From the NCBI RefSeq assembly GCF_006345805.1, contig NC_043004.1, forward strand, positions 40,300,001 through 40,364,000: DNA of 64,000 bases. Reading direction: 5' to 3'. Both the position numbers and the translations under genes were made by a program. The notes under the pieces were generated by a model. The model made no database searches and was not told the origin of the DNA. It was given only the letters and a program-made list of their open reading frames with translations. This stretch comes from Octopus sinensis. Its lineage: Eukaryota. Below, in pieces: positions 10,873-23,346 of the stretch (the first letter of the stretch is position 1; each line of letters starts with the position of its first letter).

Positions 10873-12121
10873 CCATATTTGCCAGCAGATTGGACAAGCT
10901 TTTCTCATTTATAAATGTATCAAAAAATTGTCCTGCGTCTAATGCAACTATATTACAGATGGGTGACCATGTGCCATAGGCTAGGGATTTGGACAAGCAT
11001 ACTAGGTAAGTTCCCTAGGCACAAAAATTGTTGCTAATAATATTAATATAATGAAAACAAACCAGATTATTACAGTAAATTGTGTTATTGCTAATAAAGT
11101 ATTGAAAACAAGCCAAATTATCACAGTCTGTTATCACAAAACTTATGAAAAGTTGCTTACGATACATTGGCAATTATGAGGGAAGCACACATCAACTCAT
11201 CTCCTTCCCTAGCATACATAATCTACACCTGACATATGTATTACATTATTTAACAACTGAATTACCTTTAAGAAACATTTGTTCATTATCTAAATGTATT
11301 AGATTATTTAACGACTGAATTACCTTTAAGAAACATTTGTTCATTATCTAAATGAAAAATTCTCCTAGAAATTTGAACGGAATGTTAATAAACTTTCATC
11401 TACCTGGCAGTCATTTGCAATGATTAGATCAGACGATGTGTTGGAGGTTTCACTCTCACAACAGCGCCTCCATCCTGTTGTTTCCCTCTTTTGGTCTTTC
11501 ATTTGTATTTGGTTCTTTTAGTCTCTTTCTCCTTATTCTCCACATTGGGGCCTGTCACGGTGACACAAAACATCACAGCCAGAAATACGAGTTTCATATC
11601 CTGTACAGCAATTCTCTTGCCCGAAATATAGACAACTATACAGCTAATCCGAGAGGAGGCAAGAGTTGAGGTATGGTTGCAGATAACATACCGGTAAGTT
11701 CGTTTATGATAATACATGGCTGAAAAACATGGCTGAAAAACAAAAAAAAAAGCACTGTTTTAACATAAAATTTGAAACCAGATGTTGTAGCATACACAAA
11801 AGACCATGGTAATAGGGCAGTTACTAATTTTTTTTGGTCCACCACCAACCAAGAAAATGGTAAGGACTTAGAGGAAACACAAAGAGCAGCTGAAAGCTGC
11901 TAAACATAGCAAACACTGCCTCTGTAGGGGAGTTGTAAAGTGGCCTGAACTAGAAGAATGAAAAACATCAGTTTTAGACCAAAGATCAGGTTTTGCAGTG
12001 TACACAAAAATGATTGTATACCATTCAAGACTTATAGCAATGGACAGGTATCAATGGTTTTAAAGGGTCAACATCATGGTGTTCCAGATTTATGAGGAGA
12101 AATAACCTCTGTATGAATATA

Positions 12122-12152
<31 letters not shown>

Positions 12153-12300
12153 TTATTTATATATAGAGGGCATTATACATACATGCCAGGAGGCATTCTA
12201 CATACATGCCAAATGCTAAGAGGGACAATCAGTCATTTCTACCAAAAATATTACTAATCCCACCGAATGCAATTTTTCAAAGTAAGACATTTAAAAATAT

Positions 12301-12348
12301 AGACCTGTATCACAGTGATTTCATACTTACGTAATCATCAGCAGGCCT
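12301..12348 (-). ncRNA. Minimal type-I hammerhead ribozyme-like fold
   Basis: AGGCCUG-CUGAUGA-U-UAC[GUAA]GUA-U-GAAA-UCAC[U]GUGAU-A-CAGGUCU: 7-bp stem I, exact core boxes, quasi-palindromic stem III, AUA triplet; U.U instead of G-C at 10.1-11.1. Confidence 0.6.
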
Positions 12349-12627
12349 GAATGTATTATAAATAAACAACGACCCTGCCTCGCTTAAGCCGATCAGCTAA
12401 CTGATCAACATCAACGAAGCACATGGGTGAGTTTATATATATTACATCCGGGTAAATGGCAAACTTTTACGAATTGCATTTCGGGAGAGGAAAAGTTTTT
12501 TCGGAATAAAAATTTAGCAATTAAGGACAACTACTTAATAAGGAAAACTTAACAAGAAATTGTCAGGTAGATAGCGTAAAAACCTCATAAGAGAAAAAAT
12601 TTCGAAAATAATTATTTCTACATATTA

Positions 12628-12710
<83 letters not shown>

Positions 12711-12884
12711 TATGTATGTGTGTATGTGTGCGTATGATTAATTTCAGAATTTTAATTAATGCATTCGTGACCTCCACCCAAGAGTGAATCAAAGACTACA
12801 TTTGTTACATTCAGTTAAGGAAAAAATAATAACTCGTTACTCTCCTGTAATAGCTAAGAATTGCACAAAAATGCCCCCTGAATC

Positions 12885-13135
12885 ATCATCATCATCATCA
12901 TCGTTTAACGTCTGCTTTCCATGCTAGCATGGGTTGGACGATTTTGACTGAGGGCTGATGAGCCAGATGGCTGCACCAGGCTCTAATCTTGATCTGGCAG
13001 AGTTTCTACAGCTGGATGCCCTTTCTAACGCCAACCACTCCGAGAGTGTAGTGGGTGCTTTTTACGTGCGACCGGCATGGGGGCCAGTCAGGCGGCACTG
13101 GCAACGACCTCGCTCGAATCTTTTTACATGTGCAC
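12885..13135 (-). mobile_element. RTE 3'-end-related short element
   Basis: (CAT)n-cgtttaacgtc..ccatgctagcatgggttggacg is the reverse complement of the 10500-10760 tail. Confidence 0.85.
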
Positions 13136-13770
13136 GTGCATATGAAGATCAAATACTCAAGTTTCATAGGTATATCATTAATGCAAGAAAAGAAGTTAAT
13201 TTTGAACTTTCACTGATAGCAAATATGGACGAAGTCTCTTTGACATTAATGTGCCATCAAACAAGATGGTTGAAGCCAAAGGTGCTAAAGCTGTGGCTAT
13301 TAAAATATGTGGCCATGAAAAGACACACTACATGGTTGTATTAGCATGCTGCATTGATGACACAAAAACGCCATCTTTTTGAATTTTAAAAGAAAGTCAT
13401 TGCCTAAAGAAAGGATACCCAATGGCATTTATGTTCATCTCCTCTCAAAAGGTTGGATGGATGAGAGAGGAATGAAATTGTGGTTTGATAAAGTGTAGTT
13501 CAGGCCTCCTGGTGCGTTATTAAAGAAACCTGTCTTGTTAGTTTGGGACCAGTTTCAGGCTCATAGAACTGGATTTGTTAAGAGGAACTTGGAGAGGAAT
13601 TACCAGCCAGTTACAGCTTTTAGAGGTTTCAATCAATGAACCACTTAAAAGATTCAAGCAGAAGGAGTGGAGCAGGTGAATGCCGTTTACAGATTTTGAA
13701 GTGACGCCAACAGGAAGAAGGAAGAGGCCTACTATTACACAGGTGTGAGTGTGTAAAAAGTTCATAGAAC

Positions 13771-14115
13771 AGGCGCAGGAGTGGCTGTGTGGTAAGTAGC
13801 TTGCTTACCAACCACATGGTTCTGGGTTCAGTCCCACTGTGTGTCACCGTGGGAAAGTGTTTTCTACTATAGCCTCGGGCTGACCAATGCCTTGTAAGTG
13901 GATTTGGTAGATGGAAACTGAAAGAAGCCCATCGTATGTATGTATATGTATGTGTGTGTGTTTGTGTGTTTGTGTTTGTCCCCCCAACATCGCTTGACAA
14001 CCTAGAATAAGTACTAGGCTTACAAAGAATAAGTCCTGGGGTCGATTTGCTCGACTAAAGGCGGTGCTCCAGCATGGCAGTAGTCAAATCACTGAAACAA
14101 GAGTAAAAGAGTAAA
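13771..14115 (+). mobile_element. Full-length SINE family A nested in the pogo
   Basis: Head aggcgcaggagtggctgtgtggtaag..gggttcagtccc; gtcaccgtgggaaagtgt CORE-like box; tail gtaaaagagtaaaagag. Confidence 0.9.
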
Positions 14116-14449
14116 AGAGAATACTATCAAAGAAAAAGTAGTTGTGGAATCATTAAAAAAATATGACGTTAATAATACCCTTGATGGAACAGAGGACGAT
14201 TTACTGTTTGAAGATTTTGATGACCCAGATCCTATTGCAGAGAATTCCAGTGATGAAGAGAGGACCAGTAATATGGATGGCAACAGTGAGAACGAGTAAC
14301 TGTAACTATCTATAGGAATTCATCACATTTATTGTACCTTACTGATTGGATTTTGTACCAGTTTTTGTCAGTATATTTGTTTTTTGTTTGCATGTACCAG
14401 CTTTCAATGATACCGATGTATATTTCTTTTTTGTTATGACAAATTTAAT

Positions 14450-14775
14450 TTACATTATTTACATTATTTACATTTGACGGATATTTGTCCTCATCTTATT
14501 TGTTGTTAACACGTTTCAGCTGATATACCCTTTAGCCTTCATCAGGTGTCTTGGGGAAATTTCAAACCTGGGTTCTCATTCCTATGGTATTTTTCAATGT
14601 TGTTGTTGTTATTATTATTATTATTATTATTCAGGTCACTGCCTGAAATTGAACTCGGAATCTTGGGGTTAGTAGCCCGCACTCTTAACCACTACACTAT
14701 ATACCTGTGGGCAAATATCCATCAAATGTAAATAATGTATATAATGTTTATGATTCCTCATCTCTTAAATACAGA
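14450..14775 (-). mobile_element. tRNA-headed short element with hammerhead-like core and inverted terminal segment
   Basis: Minus strand: A box tagtgtagtgg, B box gagttcaatttc, (AAT)n, CUGAUGA (14545-39), GAAA (14517-14). The tail gacaaatatccgtcaaatgtaaataatgt recurs inverted at about 14710-14740. Confidence 0.7.
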
Positions 14776-14984
14776 AGTTTAATTTAGTTTCCTCTAAAGG
14801 TGAATGCAAAACTACATATGATTTCATATTTTATTCTAGTATATTGTCACAATATTGTATTTCATACAATTTTTCCTATAAAACTCCTTTGAAATATCTT
14901 CCAATAGTAGTATGATGGAACATACTAAAATTGTTTTTTTTCCCATAATATATCCTTCGAAAATAGGGATGCGTCTTATGATGG

Positions 14985-15725
14985 ACTTCTTTCAGTTTCC
15001 ATCTGCCAAATTCACTCACAAGGCTTTCATCAGCCTAAGGCTATAGTAAAAGACACTTGCCCAAGGTGCCACACACTGAGACTGAACTCAGAACCATGTG
15101 GTTGGGAAGCAAGCTTCTTGCTACACAGCCACACCTGCACCAGCATGTTATGATTTTGCATGTAGTGACCCCGTTAAGTTGCTTTGCCTGGAGCCTATAA
15201 TGCTGTTGTGATTGCCCTGCTTTAGGGGTCTATTTATGTGCTACCAATCATCTCTACCAAGACAATCTTAGGCTGTCTACTTGTTGAATCAAGTATTACA
15301 TATAGGTGCAGGTATGCCCGAGTGGCTAAGAAGTTTGTTTGGCAACTATGTGGTTCTGGGTTCAGTCCCACTGCACAACATCTTGAGCAAGTGTCTTCTA
15401 CTATAATCCTAAGCTAACCAATACTTTGTCAGTGAGTTTGCAGTTGGAAACTGTGTGGAAACTCTGTGTGTGTGCATGTGTGTGTGTGTGTATGTGCGTG
15501 CGTGTGTGTGTGTGTGTGTGTGTTTGTCACCCTACCCACCCTACTGATTAAAAACTGATGTTGGTTCATTTACATATCTGTAACGTAGCAGTTCAGCATA
15601 AGAGATTGATGGAATAAGTGCAAAAGAGAGGATTTGTTTGACTAAAAAAAAAGCCATTCCAGATGGTACCCCAGCATGGCCATAATACAATGATTGATAA
15701 CTAAATGGTAAAAAGATAGATGTAC
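14985..15725. mobile_element. Two SINE family A relics (14985-15140 minus; 15303-15725 plus)
   Basis: Family A head and tail motifs. Confidence 0.7.
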
Positions 15726-15906
15726 ACAAAAAGATGCAACCAATGAAACAAAGCAGGCAAGGGAACCAGCCACACCAAGAATTTCCAAAGGATGCTAATG
15801 GACATCAGGTAGTTAGCATCTTTTGCTAAACAATGAAAAGTAAGGTAAATTTCCTTCCCAAGCTATATAGACTCATAAGGGCTGGTTTCCCAGTTTCCAT
15901 GACATA

Positions 15907-16286
15907 CACTTGCGTCATAAATTAATTAGCACTTCTCAAATTTCTACATTAAATAGGTTAAATCAATTAACCTATGAGCTGTTCAAAACGTCTTACGCGA
16001 TGAGAAAACTTAGTATGGTGTGATTTCGGTCCTTGCGAGGCGCTACCTATATCTATTAAACAAAGGAAGATTTGTCTGCATCCGCACTCCAAGTTGTTGT
16101 TGCACTGCTATGTCAACATCATAAGGCTGTAGACTCTCAAACTGCTCTGCAAACAAAGTTACGTCATCGTTCTGCGCAACAGTGAACTCGCAACAAAGCA
16201 ATAGTTCGAGATATGGCCACTAGGTGACAGCACATACCTTGAGTGAAGAGCAAATCAAGGGTGCTAATTAATTTCTGACGGTAGTG
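15907..16286. mobile_element. Tc1/mariner-type MITE
   Basis: TA flanks; 26-bp TIRs cacttgcgtcataaattaattagcac / gtgctaattaatttctgacggtagtg. Confidence 0.85.
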
Positions 16287-16414
16287 TATACATTACCCAC
16301 CTGGATGGGACACCAGTCCATTACAGAATTACTCATTTTGCAAGCTGAGTGGACTGGAGTAAAGCAAAATGAAGTGTTTTGCTGAAGAACACAATGCATC
16401 ACCCAGTCCAGGAA

Positions 16415-16700
16415 TTGAAACCACGCTCCAGAGCGTGGGCTGCAGGGTCACTCCAAAAAGCTCTATCTACGACGATTTCATCTCAGTCGAAGGAGAGGGG
16501 CTTTCTCCATCCGGGTTGTGGATCCGTGGAATAAGCTGCCAGACGAGATAGTGAAGATGCCGACGACCGCTCAGTTCAAAGTCTCTCTTGACCAAAAATG
16601 GTCTGAACTCTTTGTAAGACCACCCTCCTTGTACATAACTCCCTGTCCCCCTACATGGCCTTGCTTTTGCTTTTTGAGTCAATAAAAATTGAATTGAAAT
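16415..16700 (+). mobile_element. CR1/L2-clade LINE 3' end inserted in a SINE head
   Basis: Frame LQGHSKKLYLRRFHLSRRRGAFSIRVVDPWNKLPDEIVKMPTTAQFKVSLD; SINE pieces at 16290-16412 and 16700-16745. Confidence 0.8.
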
Positions 16701-17114
16701 GACTTGAAATAAGTCCCACATCCTAACCACTAAGCCATGTGCGTCCACTGCCAAACAATTGCTCATTAATATATCACCAAAGAAAGCTCACACCTCTACA
16801 AAACTTGTCACACTTTAATGCAAGAATGACTGCTGCACTAAATCAAGTTATCCCAGAATTAAATCACACTGGTTATTCTCTGAGAAAATATCTGTCTTGG
16901 AGATGACCTACACATGATAACAATATTTGCATGTTAGCCAACTGCCCCATAAATAATGTTGACACTTGTTTATAGACCTACATTGTATACTTTAAAATTT
17001 GTTATAAATCTAGCTTTTATTTTTTATCTTGTTTCAGTCATTGAACTGAGGTCATGCTGGGGCATCACTTTATAGAAATGCCTCTATCAAAAAAAAAAAA
17101 GAAAAGAAAGAAAG

Positions 17115-17220
17115 AAAAAACATAACAATGACATGTTTACTACAAAGGCCACAGAAAGAAATATTGGAAGTTTAAGGATTAAAGAAGCCATCTTGATTGA
17201 AAGAAGAAAGAAAAGATAAA
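17115..17220 (+). pseudogene. Possible PLE GIY-YIG endonuclease C-terminal relic
   Basis: Frame ..TERNIGSLRIKEAILIE resembles the GIY-YIG ExNxxxLxIKEAxxI motif. Confidence 0.4.
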
Positions 17221-17854
17221 GAACCACTTGATCCATCGATTAATAACAGGCATGATCAAATTATACTGATTGGCTAATTGATTAATTATTTTGATTGGTG
17301 TAGACAGCGCTAGCTCTTCTATTCTCTCAACAAGAAAATTTTAAATCTGAAATATCAAAATACAAGGCAAATAGCATGTGTGTGTGTGTGTATGTGTGCG
17401 TTTGTGTGTGTGTAGATGTGTCTGTGTAGATGTGTGTGCATGTGTGTGTATGTGTGTGTGGATTTGTGTGTGTGTGTAAAAATCATTGTTCTATTGTTTT
17501 AATTTTGGTTCAGTTTACACCTAATTTCCAAATTTGCCTTGTTGTGTCTTTCTTAAGAAAAAGGATTACCATCGATATCATAATCTTCATCATCATCATC
17601 ATCAATATCATCATGATTTTATGCCCATTAACCATACTGCCATGAGTTGATGGCTGTACGGAAACTGATGAGTTAGAGGACCAAGTCTTCCTCCAATGTC
17701 TCCTCCTTTGGTGGATACCGTTCCTAACCACTTTATAGAATGCACTGGCTGCTTTTATGAAGCCCTACTTGTAGTGAGGTTACCTTACAAACACACCCAC
17801 ATATCCACACATATACATATTAGATGGAAGATCTAGATCTGCCACTAAATAAGC

Positions 17855-18215
17855 CTGTCACCCAAGAGGTCAACAAGGCAAGAAATCTACTAAGAGGTCA
17901 ACCATCCAAGAGATCAAGTACCCAAGAGATTAGTCAACTAAGGGATCAACTGCTCAAGAGGTCAACCACTCAAAAAGTCGACTGCACAAGAAATTTACTA
18001 TATAAACGGTCAACCATGCAAGAGATCAACTACACAAGAGGTCAACCATCACAGGGGTCAACCACACAAGAGGTCAACCACACAAGAGGTCAACCACACA
18101 AGATGTCAACTACACAATAGGTCAGCCATGCCAGAGGTCAACCATGCCAGAGGTCAACCATCACAGAGGTCATCCACACTAGAGGTCAAACACTGAAGAG
18201 ATCTACCATCACAAC
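17855..18215. repeat. 16-bp minisatellite, consensus ACCACACAAGAGGTCA, about 22 diverged units
   Basis: Direct reading; period is clearest at 18060-18190. Confidence 0.9.
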
Positions 18216-18785
18216 ACCACACCATCACAGCATTCTACCATGCAATACACATAAAGTTCGTGTCCAGAAGGTTTACCACACACAAGGCCATAAGGAAGCT
18301 TCTATGCCACCTCTGTGACTGCAAGAAATAGCAGCTAGTTTCCTTCAAATCACAGCCTATCTTAAAACAGAAATGATGCATTAGACAATGTAAGGAAATA
18401 TGGATATAGGAAAATATGGGATTACATCAGTTTGATCATACTTTATTCATAGACCTGCTTAATGAGGACTAGCCTAGGGCTAAACAACAGCAGTAACAAT
18501 GACAATAACACCAAGAGCCACTCAAGTTGTTGATATCTCTTATTTATAATACCTTCATACAATAACAAAAAAAACAAAAACAATTAAACAAAGGCAACAT
18601 TGATTTCAGTTTTTAGTTAATTTTTTTTTTCTTTGCGCAAATTACTGAAAGGCCAATTGTAATCTAATAATAGAGCCTAATAATTATAATGAAACAACAT
18701 AAAGAGAACATTGTGAAAAATTAACGAACTTAGTTACCAGAGCTTAATTAGCACAAATGAATTAAAAGACCCAGTCTTTGGTGAC

Positions 18786-18817
<32 letters not shown>

Positions 18818-19209
18818 ACAATGATGAAAAGGATGATGATGGTGATCATGATATGTGCATATGCTAATCCAACAAAGGGCAACCACCATCCACACATGCT
18901 TGAGAAGCTTCCCCCTGGATTTATGTGGTCCCTAATCTGCCCCTGAGCATCCCTAGTATAGGGCTGGACAAAGAAAAACCACACATCCTTAAAATGAAAT
19001 CCTAAAATGAGAAAAGGCATAAGTTGAACTTGATGGGATTTGAACATAGAACATCTTTGCCAGGACAAATAGCACAATGCATCTCTTCTGAAGCTCTACC
19101 GATTCAAGATAACAATCTTGAAGGGTGTGGCCATCTTCAGAATTACCATTCCTAAAGACAGCAACTTCTAAGATGTACAAACTTATCAACATGACATACT
19201 GACAGTCAA

Positions 19210-19386
19210 TGAAATGTATGTGTGTGTGTGTGTGTGTGTATGTGTGTGTATGTGTGTGTGTATTTGTCTTTGTGTGTGCATAGTTCTGTGTTTGTGTGTG
19301 TGTGTGCATGCGTGCATTCATATGCACGTGGAAGGACAGTGAGGAGGTATTGTGGCTGAATGTGGATGTGAATGTTTGTATGTGTA

Positions 19387-19430
<44 letters not shown>

Positions 19431-19827
19431 TGAGATAAAGAGGAGGAATGTGTAGATGTGTATGTGCACATTTGTAGATGTATGAGTGTGTCAGAGAGAA
19501 AATGTGTGCATATGTGCAAGAGAGAGAAAGAAAAAGTGTGTAAATGAGGAGAAAGAGAGAGAGAGTATGTGTGAGAGAGAGGGAGGGAGGAGCGAGAGCA
19601 TGTGTGTATGTATTTGTGTGTATGCGTGTGTATGTGTGTATGTATGAGTATGCATGCATGTATGTGTATGTACGTTTGTATGTGCATGTTTATATACATG
19701 TGTATGTGCATGTGTGTATGTATATGCATATGTGTGTATGAATATGTGTGTGTGTATGTGTATGTGAGCACATATGTGTATGGGTGTATGTATACGTATG
19801 TGTATGTGATAGTGAGCAAAACAAAGA

Positions 19828-19879
<52 letters not shown>

Positions 19880-19990
19880 TAAAGCTAGTATATATATATG
19901 TGTGTATGTGTGTGTGTGTATGAGAATGTGGAGACGTGTATATGTGTGAGTATAATACACGCATATGTATAGGTGTGTATGTGTGCGTAT
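19210..19990. repeat. (TG)/(GA)/(TA) compound microsatellite
   Basis: Direct reading; explains the ORFs called at 18989-20095. Confidence 0.95.
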
Positions 19991-20502
19991 GTGTATGTAT
20001 GTATCCATCTCCCCATCCGTCTGCCCATGTCTGTTTGACAAACCTATCTGTTTATACTTTGATAAGTGCTTTGAGGTAATAGAAAAAAAGCTCAAACGTA
20101 TTGCAATTAAGGTTAATTTGGTGAAAATGATAGAAAATTGAAAATTATATTTAATTTAATTTAACTCAATTTACCAATTCATTGGTGTCATTATGTCTGT
20201 TGCAGAAACACTCATCAGACCGATGCGGATCACATGTTTTTTTTTTTCTATATTATTTTTATTTCGTTTTTCTGTTTTCCCTCCACTCTGTTTGGGACAT
20301 GGAGTTTATGTGTCATTCATGTCTCAACTGATTGGCAGACTGATCAATTGTTTCCAAAAATGAAGCGATTAGTTTTCCATAATTGACAACTGCAAGTTGA
20401 AGTGAAAAACTTCAGAAAGTTAGTGTCAAATAGGTTTCTATTTTCAGTTAGAACTGTTTTACTTTTAATTACATTCTCAACGATCCCTTAACGAAAATGG
20501 AT

Positions 20503-20930
20503 CATCATCATCATCATCATCATCGTTTAACGTCCGTTCTCCATGCTAGCATGGGTTGGACGGTTCGACCGGGGATCTGGGAAGCCAGAAGGCTGCACCA
20601 GGCTCCAGTCTTATCTGGCAATGTTTCTACAGCTGGATGCCCTTCCTAACGCCAACCACTCCGTGAGTGTAGTGGGTGCTTTTTATGTGACACCTGCACA
20701 GGTGCCAGGCGAGGCTGGCAATGGCCACGGTCGGATTGGTGTATTTTATGTGCCACCGGCACAGAAGCCAGTCGAGGCGGCGCTGGCATCGGCCACGAGT
20801 CGGATAGTGCTTTTTACGTACCACTAGACCAGGGATCCTGGCTGGTTCAATTCGATTTCGATTTCGCTTGCCCCAACATGTCTTCGCAAGCAAAGGGGGT
20901 TGGCATGGGTGCCTGTCGTACGGTCGGATC
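20503..20930 (-). mobile_element. Young RTE 3'-UTR copy with one 158-bp unit
   Basis: Near-identical reverse complement of 10330-10760. Confidence 0.9.
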
Positions 20931-21309
20931 AAAATTCCCTATCTTCATTCTCCACTACAAAAGGGCAGTGGACCCAACCAATTTTGGGACCCTGAGGAGG
21001 AGGAGGAGGAGGGGAGGAGAGGGGAGGAGGAGGAGGATATAATATAAAAGGGTAGTCACTCTAGCTTATGTAACAATTTCATCTGCTGAAAAATTTCAAA
21101 ATTTCTTCACTTCTAAAATGAATGCTAAGGTTTACGGTGCACACAGCTTGAGATAACTAGGTGGAGAATTGGCAGACCCATCAGAGCATTAGTCCTTAAC
21201 TACTTTTGCACCTCAGATTGGTCTCATGAAAGACAATTTTTTTCCATGGATTGAGGTATCACATGCATAACAAAACACAATAACATGCATAATTTAATTA
21301 TTGCACATG

Positions 21310-22110
21310 TATATGGATGACATCTGTGAGTAAATGACACCTGTATTCATGGCACCTGTATGTTAAAGATACATGTGTATTGATGACATCTGTTGGTGAA
21401 TGACACCTGTGTGCATGTCATCTGTAAGCATGACACCTGTATGTATACACCTGTTTGAATGACACATGAGTATAGAAAGCATCTGAGAATAAATGACACC
21501 TGCATTCATATTTCTTTATTGCCCACAAGGGGCTAAACACAGAGGGGACAAACAAGGACAGACAAAGGGATTGAGTCAATTAGATTGACCCCCGCAGCGT
21601 GTAACTGGTACTTAATTTATCGACTCTGAAAGGATGAAAGGCAAAGTTAACCTCGGCGGAATTTGAACTCAGAACGTAACAGCAGACGAAATATTGCTAA
21701 GCATTTTGCCCGGCGTGCTAACATTTCTACCAGCTCACTGCCTTATGACACCTGCATTCATGACACCTGTATGGATGACACCTGCATGTAGATAATGCAT
21801 TTGTATGGTTGACATATATGAGTGAATGGCCCCTGCAAATCAATGAAACATGTGTGTGGATGACTTGTATGGATGACACCTGTATGTTGATGACACACCT
21901 GTATGAATACACCTGCATGGATATCATGTCTGTCAATGATATGTAAATGACTCCTAGGAATGGATGACAGTTGTGTGGATTACACTTGTGTGTCAATGAC
22001 ACCTGTGTGTGATGTCACCTGTGTGTGAATGATTTTTGTAAGTGGATGATACTTGTGTATAAATGGTTTCTACGGATGGCACATACATGTGAATGACACC
22101 TGTGATTGAA
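21310..22110. repeat. Degenerate ATGACACCTGT array, interrupted by a SINE
   Basis: Many TGACACCTG, CATCTG and CACATG variants at roughly 15-20 bp spacing. Confidence 0.85.
21510..21744 (-). mobile_element. SINE family B (gcctttcatcctttc..gtcgataaattaagtacc box) with 17-bp TSD
   Basis: TSD atgacacctgcattcat at 21493-21509 and 21745-21761. Confidence 0.9.
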
Positions 22111-22119
22111 AAGCACATG

Positions 22120-22467
22120 CGAAAGATGATGTTGATGATGTTGGTGGTGATGGTGGGAATGATGATAATGGATCATAACAAAGACAATAATGAAGTTGAT
22201 AATGATAACAAATGACTATAGGGGAAAATGATGAGGATGTGGATAAAATGTCATGATGACAATAATGACGACAGCAATGGATCATCAAGTTGATAAAAGT
22301 GATGTTAGTGATAAAAACAAATGATCGTAATGATAAAGATGACAACGGCAATGATGACGACGACGATGAGGGTGATGATGATGGTGATGATGATGATGAT
22401 AATGATGAAGATAATGATGATGATGATAATGATGATGATGATGGTGGTGGTGATGATGATGATAATA

Positions 22468-22498
<31 letters not shown>

Positions 22499-22660
22499 CA
22501 ATGATGATGGTGGCAACAATGACATTGTTGACGATGACTATTGTGGCAATGATGGTGATGACGACAATGATAATGATGGTGACAATGATGATGATGATGA
22601 TGACGCCGCCAGTGGTGACAACAAGGAATACGGCGACAATTGCTATGTTGATAATAAGAA
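22120..22660. repeat. Cryptic (GAT)n array
   Basis: Direct reading; source of the poly-D, poly-M and poly-H ORFs. Confidence 0.95.
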
Positions 22661-23312
22661 TTACTACAATCACAAAAGCACAAACAAACACACACACACA
22701 CACACACACACACAGAGAAAAACCCACGAACACACTCACGTATGTATGTACTCAAAATCAAGTACGTATATCAACATATATAGTTCTACAATAACTTGTA
22801 CTTCTGTATTTTGTCTTTCCATATTAGAATTGCGTAAATTATTTTCACCTGCTATCGACACCGTTATTACTGATGCATTTTGCCGCATGCCTAAATGCAT
22901 GCATGTCACCAAGTACACGTTGCCATTTGCTGTGCATCATCTTATAAACAGATCAAATTATGATGCTGCAAGCTTGATAGAAAAAGTGATTGCATTCAGA
23001 AATGCATGTATGCATGCATGTTGTATGCGGACATGTCATGTATCTTTGTCTCTGATTTGTGTGGAGATGCATACATATGCATATACTTGTGTGTGTATGT
23101 GTATGTGTGTGTGTGTTCGTGCACGCATGTGAATGTATATATGTGTATATTTGTGTTTATGCATGTGTGAGTGTATAGACATATACATGTACACACAAAA
23201 ATATGTATATATATACACGTGTGTGCGCATGTGTATTTATATAAATTTAACACTCACACACACATATATAAATGTACATGTGAATGCATTCATCATCATC
23301 ATCACCACCATC

Positions 23313-23346
<34 letters not shown>

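Larger units (their letters stand above)
11700..14985 (+). mobile_element. Degenerate POGK-like pogo DNA transposon, split by nested insertions
   Basis: 11716-12112 encodes HGNRA..FFGPPPTKKMVR and KWPELEE..GSTSWCSRFMRRNNL (Brinker/CENP-B HTH); 13135-13770 encodes ANMDEV..KGWMDERGMKLWFDKV..LLVWDQFQAH (DDE_1); 14116-14300 encodes NTLDGTEDDLLFE; 3' TIR-like remnant gggatgcgtcttat near 14965. Confidence 0.85.

Noticed and set aside
11436-11717. ORFs with signal-peptide-like stretches and a GTAAGT donor
   Set aside because: Short and overlapping on both strands; probably the pogo 5' region.
12423-12432. ATGG|GTGAGT, apparent first coding exon with donor
   Set aside because: It lies inside an insert nested in a pogo, and no downstream exon was found.
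19089-19142. Imperfect hairpin as a pre-miRNA (also 45046-45127)
   Set aside because: Stem and loop geometry is poor, and there is no expression or conservation evidence.
17855-22110. Minisatellites as CRISPR-like arrays
   Set aside because: No constant repeat with unique spacers; eukaryotic context; no cas genes.
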